Assembly: GCA_963668675.2 (NCBI GenBank)
Contig: CAXXMB010000001.1
Location: 1,376,001 to 1,440,000 of the forward strand
Reading direction: 5' to 3'
DNA from: an uncultured Desulfatitalea sp.
GTDB lineage: Bacteria; Desulfobacterota; Desulfobacteria; Desulfobacterales; Desulfosarcinaceae
DNA: 64,000 nucleotides
In this document: positions 10,153-19,040 of the stretch, piece after piece
Position numbering within the stretch: the stretch's first letter is position 1
Layout of the letters: each line of letters begins with the position of its first letter
Translations under genes and position numbers: made by a program
The notes under the pieces: generated by a model
The model's input: only the letters and a program-made list of their open reading frames with translations
Told to the model about the DNA's origin: nothing
The model's database searches: none

Positions 10153-11319
10153 ATGATATGCATGGAAAATAGTGGAAACGGGCCCGGGCAACTGAGCTAT
10201 TTTTCCAGTGAACAACAGCGCCTGCGCATGGCGGTGCGTGAGGTGATCAAAAAGGAGGTGCTTCCCCACATCGAAGGATGGGAAGAGGCCGGCGGCTTTC
10301 CCAGGGAGAAGTACGATCTGTTTGGAGATCTCGGTTTTTTGGGGGTTGGTTTTCCGGAAGATGTCGGAGGCAGCGGCGGGGATATCTTCGACCTCATTGC
10401 GGTGAGTGAAGAGATGATGCGCTCGGGTTCCGGCGGATTCGCAGCCAGCATCGGCTCTCTGAACATCGCCCTGCCGCCGATTGTCAGGCACGGTACCCCC
10501 GAACAGATAGAGCGCTTTGTGAAGCCGGTGCTGCATGGCAAGCGCATCGCCGCACTGGGCATCACCGAACCGGGCGGAGGATCGGATGTGGCCAACATCC
10601 AAACCACCGCCGTCCGCGATGGTAAGGGCTATCGGGTCAACGGCAGCAAGACGTTCATTACCAGCGGTGCGCGGGCCGACCAATTAACATGTGCCGTGCG
10701 AACTGGAGAAGCAGGAGCCCACGGCATCAGCTTCCTGGTGATCGAAAAGCAGACGCCCGGGTACACGGTGGGAAGCGTCCTGAAAAAAATGGGTTGGTGG
10801 GCCTCCGACACGGCCGAAATCTTTTTTGACGACTGCCTTGTTCCGGTCGGCAATCTCATCGGCAAGGAGAACGAGGGTTTCTATACCATCATGGAGAATT
10901 TCCAGGCCGAGCGATTGCAGCTCAGCGTCATGGCCAACATGACATCCCAAATGGCCTTGGAAGAGGCCTTGGCCTACACAAAAGAGCGCAAGGCGTTTGG
11001 ACGGCCCCTGAAGGGGTTTCAGGTGATCCGCCACAAACTCGTGGAGATGGCCACCCTGGTCGAAATCAGTCGCGAATTCACCTATCGCGTGGCGTCCAAG
11101 ATCAATGCCGGCATTGACCAGGTCAAGGAGATCTCCATGGCCAAAAATTTTGCCTGCAGCGTCAGCGACCGGGTCACCCATGAGGCCGTGCAGCTCTTCG
11201 GCGGTTACGGTTACATGCGCGGCTATCTCGTGGAACGGCTGTATAGGGACAACCGTATTCTCTCCATCGGAGGTGGCACGACAGAGATCATGAAGGAGAT
11301 CATTTCCAAATTGATATAA
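10153..11319 (+). CDS. Acyl-CoA dehydrogenase (LCAD type)
   Basis: GITEPGGGSD, NGSKTFITSG, KMGWWASDT, FQAER, LSIGGGTTEIM; start could be 10162. Confidence 0.9.
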   Translation: MICMENSGNGPGQLSYFSSEQQRLRMAVREVIKKEVLPHIEGWEEAGGFPREKYDLFGDLGFLGVGFPEDVGGSGGDIFDLIAVSEEMMRSGSGGFAASIGSLNIALPPIVRHGTPEQIERFVKPVLHGKRIAALGITEPGGGSDVANIQTTAVRDGKGYRVNGSKTFITSGARADQLTCAVRTGEAGAHGISFLVIEKQTPGYTVGSVLKKMGWWASDTAEIFFDDCLVPVGNLIGKENEGFYTIMENFQAERLQLSVMANMTSQMALEEALAYTKERKAFGRPLKGFQVIRHKLVEMATLVEISREFTYRVASKINAGIDQVKEISMAKNFACSVSDRVTHEAVQLFGGYGYMRGYLVERLYRDNRILSIGGGTTEIMKEIISKLI

Positions 11320-11346
11320 ATTCATTCTTGTCCCTTTTGCAAAGAG

Positions 11347-11511
11347 GGGCGTGTTCTTGATGAACACGCCCAATGCATCATCGTTTCATCCCGAAAAGAT
11401 CTTGAGAGCTGCAAACCGATGCAGGGCGCACGCCTGCTCGAAAGAACTCATGCCGTTGCCGACAGGCACGGCTGAAGATATCAGGTCTCTCAACATCGGC
11501 CAATCTCAAGA
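11347..11511. repeat. Palindromic intergenic element (REP/MITE-like or structured RNA)
   Basis: Perfect 10-bp hairpin GGGCGTGTTC-TTGAT-GAACACGCCC (11347-11371). Nested inverted repeats TCTTGAGA/TCTCAAGA (11400-07/11504-11) and CCGATG/CATCGG (11416-21/11494-99), plus an inner hairpin at 11452-11472. Confidence 0.45.
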
Positions 11512-11552
11512 GGACCCGAGTGCGGTCAAAGCGGCGCAGATGAGGAGGAGAA

Positions 11553-13361
11553 ATGGTGTATACATTGGACAAGCCGGACAACCTTGTTGAAATGCTGGAC
11601 GACAGCGTGTCACGCTACGGCACCAATCAATGGATGGGCACCAAGAACGTAACAAAGGATGGCTACGATTGGGTTACCTACAATCAAGTGGCGCAGCGCA
11701 TCACAGATCTTCGTGGCGGATTGGCCCACCTGGGTATCCGGAAAGATGACGCCGTCGGCATCATTGCCGGCAACCGGGTGGAGTGGGCCGTTGCGTGCTA
11801 CGCCACCTACAGCCTCGCAGCCCGCTTTGTTCCAATGTATGAGGCGGAATTGGAGAAAACCTGGCGATATATCATAGAGGATGCGGCTGTCAGGACACTC
11901 TTTGTTTCCAAACCGGAAATTCTGGGAAAAATCAAAAGCTGGTCTGGTGAGATAGACACCCTGAACCAAACTGTTCTCATCGACGGTCAGGGCGAAGGGA
12001 CGATGGAGGCGCTGGAGCGCCTGGGCAGGGAAAATCCGGTGCCTGCCGTCTATCCGGAAGCAGACGATATTGCCGGTCTGATCTATACATCCGGTACGAC
12101 CGGCGCCCCCAAAGGGGTGCTTCTCTCTCACGGCAATATTACCAGCAACATTCATGCGGCGAAAAAGAGCTATCACATGCTGGATCACTCCATACGGACG
12201 CTCTCTTTTCTCCCCTGGGCCCACTCCTATGGACAAGTGGTCGAGCTCCATTTTCTCATGAGGATAGGCGGTTCAACCGGTTTTGCGGAGAGCCCCCAGA
12301 CCATTGTTGACGACCTGGCCCTGGTCAAACCCACTTTCCTTCTCGCCGTACCGCGCATCTTCAACCGCGTCTATGACGGATTGCATACGAAGATGAATGA
12401 ACAAGGCGGATTGGCGAAGAAACTCTTTGACATGGGCGTCAGCGCCGGGAAGGAGCGCAGGCGTTTGAGGCAGGAGGGGCGGACCAGCATTTTCAATGCC
12501 TTGAAATTTAAATTGGCCGATGCGATCGTCTTTAAAAAAATCCGCCAGAAGTTTGGTGGCCGTCTTATGTATTCTGCCAGTTCCAGTGCGGCACTCAGTC
12601 CTCATATAGCTGACTTTTTTGAAGATGTGGGTATTCCTGTATATGAAGCGTGGGGAATGACCGAATTATCGCCCGCAGCGACGCTCTGCACGCCCGAGGC
12701 CAAAAAGCGGGGCAGCGCCGGCAAGGCGATCGACAAAGTGCGTTTAAAAATAGACAAGACCTTCGCTGTCGACAATCCAGACGAGGGTGAACTGATCGTC
12801 TACGGCCCCAATGTCATGAAGGGGTATCACAACAAGCCCGAAGCGACCCGGGCTACCATGACTGAGGATGGCGGACTTCGATCCGGCGACCGGGCCTATA
12901 TCGACGACGAGGGGTATCTCTTCATCACCGGCCGCATCAAAGAGCAGTTCAAACTTCAAAATGGAAAATTCGTCTCACCGGCCACGATGGAGGAGGAGAT
13001 CAAACTACTTCCGTGGGTCGAACATGCCATGGTCTATGGCCTTAACCGGCCGTACACGGTCTGCCTTGTTTTTCCTGATTTTCTCGTCATGGGAAAAACG
13101 GCGGCCCAAAAGGGGTGGCCCCTTGATCCTGCTGCCATGGTTGCCGATTCCGGCTTCAGATCCCATATGGAACACCAGATCCTCGAACACCTGCAGGGAA
13201 AATTCGGGCATTACGAGATACCGAAACGGTTTCTTTTTCTCAGTGAGGGGTTTACCGTCGATAACGGTATGCTGACTCAGACGTTTAAACTGAAGCGCCG
13301 CGAGGTGCTGAAAAAATACCAGCCGATGATCGATGCGGCTTATGAATCGACACCGCCTTAA
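11553..13361 (+). CDS. Long-chain fatty acid--CoA ligase (AMP-binding)
   Basis: IYTSGTTGAPKGV, YEAWGMTE, SGDRAYID, GRIKE, TQTFKLKR; RBS GAGGAGGAG. Confidence 0.92.
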   Translation: MVYTLDKPDNLVEMLDDSVSRYGTNQWMGTKNVTKDGYDWVTYNQVAQRITDLRGGLAHLGIRKDDAVGIIAGNRVEWAVACYATYSLAARFVPMYEAELEKTWRYIIEDAAVRTLFVSKPEILGKIKSWSGEIDTLNQTVLIDGQGEGTMEALERLGRENPVPAVYPEADDIAGLIYTSGTTGAPKGVLLSHGNITSNIHAAKKSYHMLDHSIRTLSFLPWAHSYGQVVELHFLMRIGGSTGFAESPQTIVDDLALVKPTFLLAVPRIFNRVYDGLHTKMNEQGGLAKKLFDMGVSAGKERRRLRQEGRTSIFNALKFKLADAIVFKKIRQKFGGRLMYSASSSAALSPHIADFFEDVGIPVYEAWGMTELSPAATLCTPEAKKRGSAGKAIDKVRLKIDKTFAVDNPDEGELIVYGPNVMKGYHNKPEATRATMTEDGGLRSGDRAYIDDEGYLFITGRIKEQFKLQNGKFVSPATMEEEIKLLPWVEHAMVYGLNRPYTVCLVFPDFLVMGKTAAQKGWPLDPAAMVADSGFRSHMEHQILEHLQGKFGHYEIPKRFLFLSEGFTVDNGMLTQTFKLKRREVLKKYQPMIDAAYESTPP

Positions 13362-13397
13362 GCGGTGGTCGCCTTGGCCTCGATACACCTGCCTGGT

Positions 13398-13427
13398 AAA
13401 AAACGGGCCTGGATTGATCCAGGCCCG
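13398..13427 (-). terminator. Rho-independent terminator between convergent operons
   Basis: CGGGCCTGGAT/ATCCAGGCCCG stem followed by T6 on the minus strand. Confidence 0.75.
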
Positions 13428-13464
13428 CCATATATCTTTATAGAGAACCAGGTAAAATTTTGAG

Positions 13465-14619
13465 CTATTTCAGGATGACATCTTTCGGCAGTCGTTGAGA
13501 TAGAATCTCTACGGTTTCCGCCACCATCTCCTCCAACACGGTTTTCGCCGGCTTGATCTCATGAATGATGCCGGATACCTGACCGGCCAGGCCGCCCACA
13601 TAATCATCTTTCTCGGCTTCGATGAAGCTGGCCAACAACGCCGAAGAGATCATCACCTGGGTAGGAAACGGCAGGGGATCCAATCCCGAGTCAGTCCACA
13701 GGTCGTGATATTTGTTATAGCTGGCACGCAGTGTTTTTCCGGAGTAGGCCGTACTGACGCGTGTATCTTCATCGGTGGAAGAGATGATGCGCTGTTTGTT
13801 GACGGGCAGAGCACCCCCCTCATTGGTAGCTAAAAAGCGAGTGCCGACCCAAACACCAATGCATCCCATGGCCAGTGAGGCGGCAAGCCCGCGACCATCA
13901 CCGATACCACCGGCCGCCAGTACAGGAACCGGCGCGGCAGCATCGATCGCCGCCGGTAGAAGGGCCATGGTGCCGATACGGCCGGTATGGCCGCCGCCTT
14001 CATGCCCCTGGGCCACCAGCAGGTCAATGCCCGAGTCGGACATGCGTCTGGCATTTTTGGAATTGCCGGTGATGCCCAACACCTTCATGCCTTTCGCATG
14101 GGCGTCGGCCACCATGAATCCAGGATTTCCGAGACCGGCACAAAACAGAGGCACGCGCTCCTCAAGGCATACCTGTACGGACTCTTTGGGGCGCATGGTG
14201 GTGGTATTCATGCGCACCATCACCTCTGTGTCGGGCAGGTCCATCTCAGCCTTGATTTTGTTGACCCAATCCATGTGGGGTTTGGGGATACTCTTTAACA
14301 CTTCGCTCAGCGGCAGCTGATCAATCTCACGGCTGCCCATACCGCCACCCAGATCAATTTTCTTGGGCAGCAGAAGGTCGACCCCAAACGGTTTGTCTGT
14401 CCGAGCTTTAATCTCCCGAATGGCCTCGCGCAGCTCATCCACTGTAAAGCCGCTTCCGCCAAGGACACCCAAACCGCCCGCTTCAGAAACCGCCACCACC
14501 AACTCTACCGGTGCCCCGGTATTTTCGCCGATCAAAGTAGGTCCCATCCCGGCGCTCAAAATGGGATATTCGATACCAAGCATTTCGCACAGCTTGGTTT
14601 TCAAAACAGGCCTTGCCAT
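13465..14619 (-). CDS. Nitronate monooxygenase / FabK-like FMN-dependent oxidoreductase
   Basis: LGIEYPILSAGM, VSEAGGLG, AQGHEGGGHTG, VLAAGGIGDGRG, VGTRFLAT, GQVSGII. Confidence 0.88.
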   Translation of the reverse strand: MARPVLKTKLCEMLGIEYPILSAGMGPTLIGENTGAPVELVVAVSEAGGLGVLGGSGFTVDELREAIREIKARTDKPFGVDLLLPKKIDLGGGMGSREIDQLPLSEVLKSIPKPHMDWVNKIKAEMDLPDTEVMVRMNTTTMRPKESVQVCLEERVPLFCAGLGNPGFMVADAHAKGMKVLGITGNSKNARRMSDSGIDLLVAQGHEGGGHTGRIGTMALLPAAIDAAAPVPVLAAGGIGDGRGLAASLAMGCIGVWVGTRFLATNEGGALPVNKQRIISSTDEDTRVSTAYSGKTLRASYNKYHDLWTDSGLDPLPFPTQVMISSALLASFIEAEKDDYVGGLAGQVSGIIHEIKPAKTVLEEMVAETVEILSQRLPKDVILK

Positions 14620-14646
14620 ACGCTTCTCCTTTAGAGGTTCATCCTA

Positions 14647-15513
14647 TTATGCTTCCTGAATAAATTCGTTTATCAGCAACGCAACTTCCCGAGGTTTTTC
14701 TTCCTGAACGAAGTGAGCGGCCGCTATGGATTCTACTCGAATCGAATCAAAGCCATCCTCGATATGGTTTAAAAATTCCGGGATAATGACAGAGTCTTTA
14801 TTGCCGTGAATATAGAGGCTCGGCATTGGGAATTTCTTTTCTGCAAGCGTGGCCCAGTGCTCCGCGTCTAACCGCATGGCGCGATAATAGGATGCCGCGG
14901 TCCCTGGCGTGTTCTCGATGCTGTAACAGCGGATATATTCGGCGATGGCTTCGGCCGGGATCGTACCGTCCTTGCCGGCTTTTCCGAAGAAATAGGAGAC
15001 CCAGACCTTCTCGTTGCCCTTGATCATGGCTTCCGGCAATCCCGGCTGCATCTGGAAGTATTGGTACCAAAACGGTATGGCGCCCTGGCTATAGATAAGT
15101 CCTCTTGCCTCAAGCGTCCCGACGGGGTTGGTAAGGACGGCAATGTTCAAAATGACCAGTCGCTTTACCCGTTCGGGAATCAAAAGCGCAAGTTCCTGGG
15201 CCACAATACCACCCCAGTCGTGACCCACCAGAAAGAACGTATCGACGCCCATAGCATCGAGGATCTCTGCGATATCTTTTGCCAGTTCTACCTTTTGGTA
15301 GGCCTTGACGTCCATCGTACGTTCACTGTCGCCAAGCCCTCGAAGGTCAGGCGCAATCATGTGCAGTGATGAATCCAGATGGGCCGCAACGCCATCCCAG
15401 CAGTAAGAGCTTTCCGGCCATCCATGCAGCATGACCACTGGGAACCCATCGGGATTCCCCCACTCCCGTATATTGAAAACACCTCGTGAAACCGTCATTT
15501 TTTTCGTACTCAT
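14647..15513 (-). CDS. Alpha/beta hydrolase, epoxide-hydrolase type
   Basis: HGWPE oxyanion motif, PDLRGLGDS, GHDWGG (Asp nucleophile), cap tyrosines (WYQY, YYRA), AHFVQEE; RBS AAGGA before ATG 15513. Confidence 0.85.
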   Translation of the reverse strand: MSTKKMTVSRGVFNIREWGNPDGFPVVMLHGWPESSYCWDGVAAHLDSSLHMIAPDLRGLGDSERTMDVKAYQKVELAKDIAEILDAMGVDTFFLVGHDWGGIVAQELALLIPERVKRLVILNIAVLTNPVGTLEARGLIYSQGAIPFWYQYFQMQPGLPEAMIKGNEKVWVSYFFGKAGKDGTIPAEAIAEYIRCYSIENTPGTAASYYRAMRLDAEHWATLAEKKFPMPSLYIHGNKDSVIIPEFLNHIEDGFDSIRVESIAAAHFVQEEKPREVALLINEFIQEA

Positions 15514-15589
15514 CTTCGTTCCTTTCCATCGTGAAGCCGTCACTCATCATCAAGACAAGGTCTATTCTCGGTCTACTTCTCCTTTCCTT

Positions 15590-16372
15590 TTAGCGGCCTT
15601 TGAAATTGGGGGCTCGTTTTTCAAGGAACGCCTTTGCGCCCTCTTTGAAATCCTCCGTAAACAGCAGTGCTTTACTGGCAGCCTGCTCGATATTGGTAAC
15701 GCCGTCGTAAAGGTCGGTTTCCAGCCCCAGGCGAACCGCTTTCAAGATCTCTCGCTGGGCCACGGGAGCGCCGGCGGCCAGTTTCTTGGCCATTTTCTTC
15801 GCCGTTGCCAACACCTCGGCCGCAGGAACGACTCTGTTTAGCAGCCCTAACGACAACGCTTCTTTGGCCGGCATGAAATCGCCGGTCAGCATCAATTCAA
15901 GGGCTTTGGTCTTGCCGATAAAACGGGGCAACCGCTGGGTGCCACCCCATCCCGGGTTCAGCCCCAGCTTCACCTCGGGAAGGCCAATTGTCGCTTCTTC
16001 GGCCATGATCCGCAGGTGGCAGACGCAGGCCAGCTCCAGGCCACCGCCGTAAGCGCTTCCCTGCAGAGCGGCGATAATGACCTTGGGATAATTTTCGATC
16101 TTAAAATAGATCTCATTGCCGTTGTATTCCGGGACCTTTCCGGCCTGGTAGCCTGCAAATTCGGTAATGTCTGCACCGGCGGAAAAAAGCTTGGTGCCGG
16201 TACCGGTGATGACAATGACGCGAACATTGTCGTCGTTTTCGCACTTGTCCAGCAGGTCGTTCAGGTCTCTTAAGACGCCCTGCCCCATCGAGTTCGCCGG
16301 TGGATGGTTGATTGCCGCCACGACCACCATGCCGTCTTGTTCCACAGTCAGTTTTTCATACTCAAAAGCCAT
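15590..16372 (-). CDS. Enoyl-CoA hydratase (crotonase)
   Basis: FSAGADI, GGGLEL and LPEV (both catalytic Glu), PGWGGTQRL; RBS GGAGG. Confidence 0.92.
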   Translation of the reverse strand: MAFEYEKLTVEQDGMVVVAAINHPPANSMGQGVLRDLNDLLDKCENDDNVRVIVITGTGTKLFSAGADITEFAGYQAGKVPEYNGNEIYFKIENYPKVIIAALQGSAYGGGLELACVCHLRIMAEEATIGLPEVKLGLNPGWGGTQRLPRFIGKTKALELMLTGDFMPAKEALSLGLLNRVVPAAEVLATAKKMAKKLAAGAPVAQREILKAVRLGLETDLYDGVTNIEQAASKALLFTEDFKEGAKAFLEKRAPNFKGR

Positions 16373-16400
16373 TTGATTCCTCCATAATGTTTTAGATTTA

Positions 16401-18116
16401 TTATTCATTCATGGCATATTCGCCATTGAGTGAAGCGACATATGTTTCCCATACCCGATCGTATTGGGCAGTGTCTCCCTGGGATTTGATCAGCATGATC
16501 TCCTTGCAATAGGCCCGCTGCTCATCTTTGGTATTGTGCATTCCGTATATCTGCAACGCAAAACCGGCAAAATCACTCACCATAAAATCGAACATCTGGT
16601 TAACGATATCGCTGTCAATGTTGCTCAATGCGCACTGTTCCAAAATCAACTGGCCGTAGACCACCACCGAAAACATTTCACCCAACGGCAGTGAAAAAGA
16701 GGAATCCCGGTCCTGCGCCTTATCGGGACCTGCTTTTTCCAACAGCTCTTTGAAGTGTTCAATCTGCTGTATAAAAAGGGCCACGTTGGGAAGAGCGGCA
16801 GAGGTTTCAAATATGGGCCGGTAATCATGAAACGACACTTTGCCCAGTCCGCCTGCCGGCCCTTGATTGAAAATGAATAGGTCGTCTTTCTCGGAAAAGT
16901 CGGGTTTGACCTCTTCGTAGGGTTGCGGATTGAAAAAGTAGTTCTTCATGAATTTACGGATCAGTTGGACGTTTACATGCACCGTCCCTTCAAGCTTAGA
17001 GGGGCCGCGAACTTCACTGGTAGCGGTAAAAAAGTAGGTGTCTTTTTCAAACCCTTTGGCGGCTATTACATCCCACAGCAGGTTAATGACCTCTTCGGAT
17101 TGCAGGGTCACTTTCATTTTACTGGTGGGATTGTAAAGCATATAGCGTCGGTCGTCTTTCGATGCGCTGCGGAAATAATCTGTGGCCCTGCGCTGATAAA
17201 GCTTCATACCCATCAACCGCAGCCAGGCCTCCATGAAATTGCGGCGCACATGCGGCATGTCGGTCACGCGCCGGCCGTAAAGGATACGGTTGCTGGCATG
17301 GGTGATCGCCTCGTAGAAACTGTGCTCGGACATGCCGATAGAGCATGGGCCGATATTGAATTTGCCTATGTTGACGGTGTTCAGGGCGCAGTCCCAGGCA
17401 TGGGGTCCTCTTGAGAGAATATCCGCTTCGGTAATGGGGTAGTCATGCAGAGCGAAATTGGAGACATACTGCTGGTGAGATATCACGTTTTTCTTCAGTT
17501 CATAGGCTTTATGCTGATAGTTGGTCACGAAGAAGACGTAGTCGTCCGTTCCGTCCTTGACCTTGCCGAAGGTGGACACCATCTCCGCTTCATTTCCGTT
17601 GCCGATATAGTATTTTTCTCCGTTGGCGAGCCATGTGCCTTCGCCACCAGGGGTCAGTGCGGTTTCCGTTGAATAGATATCAGCACCGCGTTCCCTTTCG
17701 GAAAGACCGAATGCAAAAATAGCACCCTTTTTAAGCAACTGAGCGGCCTTCTTTTTGGCCGCTTCGTTTGGGCTCATCCAGATCGGTCCCAAGCCTAATA
17801 TAGTGACCTGAAAACAGTACCAGTAGCCCGAACCGTAAAAGGCCAGAAGCTCGCTGTATTCGTTGTTGCGGGCCGTATCCCAGCGGCAATCGGGATCGCC
17901 GTCGGCGTAGTCCTTGGGGGTCAACAGTTTAGCAAAAATCTGCTCGCGGCCGACAAAATCGACAAAATTCTTGTACCAGACTTTTTTATGAAAATTGTCG
18001 GTGAGTTGCGTCTTACCGATAGTTTCAAAGAAGTCGATGGTCTTGTCCATGATGGCCCGCGATCCGGCATCAGCCATCAAATGCTGGTACTTTTTGGGTT
18101 GCAACAGGTAATTCAT
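16401..18116 (-). CDS. Acyl-CoA dehydrogenase (long form)
   Basis: AFGLSERERGAD, NGEKYYIGNG, KLEGTVHVN. Confidence 0.85.
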   Translation of the reverse strand: MNYLLQPKKYQHLMADAGSRAIMDKTIDFFETIGKTQLTDNFHKKVWYKNFVDFVGREQIFAKLLTPKDYADGDPDCRWDTARNNEYSELLAFYGSGYWYCFQVTILGLGPIWMSPNEAAKKKAAQLLKKGAIFAFGLSERERGADIYSTETALTPGGEGTWLANGEKYYIGNGNEAEMVSTFGKVKDGTDDYVFFVTNYQHKAYELKKNVISHQQYVSNFALHDYPITEADILSRGPHAWDCALNTVNIGKFNIGPCSIGMSEHSFYEAITHASNRILYGRRVTDMPHVRRNFMEAWLRLMGMKLYQRRATDYFRSASKDDRRYMLYNPTSKMKVTLQSEEVINLLWDVIAAKGFEKDTYFFTATSEVRGPSKLEGTVHVNVQLIRKFMKNYFFNPQPYEEVKPDFSEKDDLFIFNQGPAGGLGKVSFHDYRPIFETSAALPNVALFIQQIEHFKELLEKAGPDKAQDRDSSFSLPLGEMFSVVVYGQLILEQCALSNIDSDIVNQMFDFMVSDFAGFALQIYGMHNTKDEQRAYCKEIMLIKSQGDTAQYDRVWETYVASLNGEYAMNE

Positions 18117-18166
18117 TTACCTCATCCCCTTCGATGTGTGCTTTCGTCTTCCAATGTCGGAGAAAA

Positions 18167-18625
18167 CTACAGGAAGATCATCCCGAGCGCCTCGGCGACG
18201 CACGCCGGCTTTTCCTCTCCTTCGATTTCAATGGTATGCGTATTGGTGACCAGGATCTGATTCGGTTTTTTCTCTTCCACCGCCGTGATCACCATTTTGG
18301 AGCGTACCCTGGAGCCTACCTTCACCGGATTGATAAAACGGACCTTGTTCAATCCGTAATTGATGGACATTTTGGCACCTTCAATAGCATATTTGCCGGC
18401 ATAGCTGAAGACCGGAACAAGTGACAGGGTCAGAAAGCCATGGGCAATTGGGGTGCCGAACGGCCCTTGTTTGGCCTTTTCGACATCGACGTGAATCCAC
18501 TGGTGGTCTTCGGTCACATCTGCAAAGCGATTGATCTTCTCCTGATCGATCACGATCCAGTCCGTTGTCCCGTTGTCCTGTCCGATGAGCTGTTTGAATT
18601 TCTCTAAGGGTAATCTTTCCGTCAC
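18167..18625 (-). CDS. MaoC-family (R)-specific enoyl-CoA hydratase
   Basis: FADVTEDHQWIHVD hydratase-2 motif, PIAHGFLTLS, NYGLNKVRF; GTG start with AAGGAGG. Confidence 0.9.
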   Translation of the reverse strand: MTERLPLEKFKQLIGQDNGTTDWIVIDQEKINRFADVTEDHQWIHVDVEKAKQGPFGTPIAHGFLTLSLVPVFSYAGKYAIEGAKMSINYGLNKVRFINPVKVGSRVRSKMVITAVEEKKPNQILVTNTHTIEIEGEEKPACVAEALGMIFL

Positions 18626-18665
18626 AACACGCCTCCTTGGTATATGATTTTTAGGTCATCTTGCA

Positions 18666-19016
18666 CTAGAGCACTTCCATGTTCGTAATAGTGTACTCCC
18701 GCCCGGAGATTAATCGGCCGCTTTTCTGCCCGCATTGGGGGCACGGCATGTCGATCTCGTCGGCGGCCTCCACGGTGTATGATGCATCGCAGGCGTTGCA
18801 TTTCAGCCCGATCGGTGTACGCTCGATCTGAAGTTTTGCACCTTCGGCCATCGTTCCCCGACTCACGTAATCGAAATAGCGCTGCATCCATTCATCTTCC
18901 ATATCGCTCAATTTGCCGATTTTGAGATGAATCGTCATGATCCGGAGAACGCTGTTCTTTTCAGCGTGCGCCAGCACAACCTTCAGAATGCTTTCGGTGA
19001 CAGGCAGTTCATGCAT
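18666..19016 (-). CDS. hypA: HypA/HybF nickel metallochaperone
   Basis: N-terminal MHE Ni motif, CNAC and CPQC Zn site, ISGREY. Confidence 0.9.
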   Translation of the reverse strand: MHELPVTESILKVVLAHAEKNSVLRIMTIHLKIGKLSDMEDEWMQRYFDYVSRGTMAEGAKLQIERTPIGLKCNACDASYTVEAADEIDMPCPQCGQKSGRLISGREYTITNMEVL

Positions 19017-19040
19017 GGGCTAAAACCATTCGCCCCTTCC

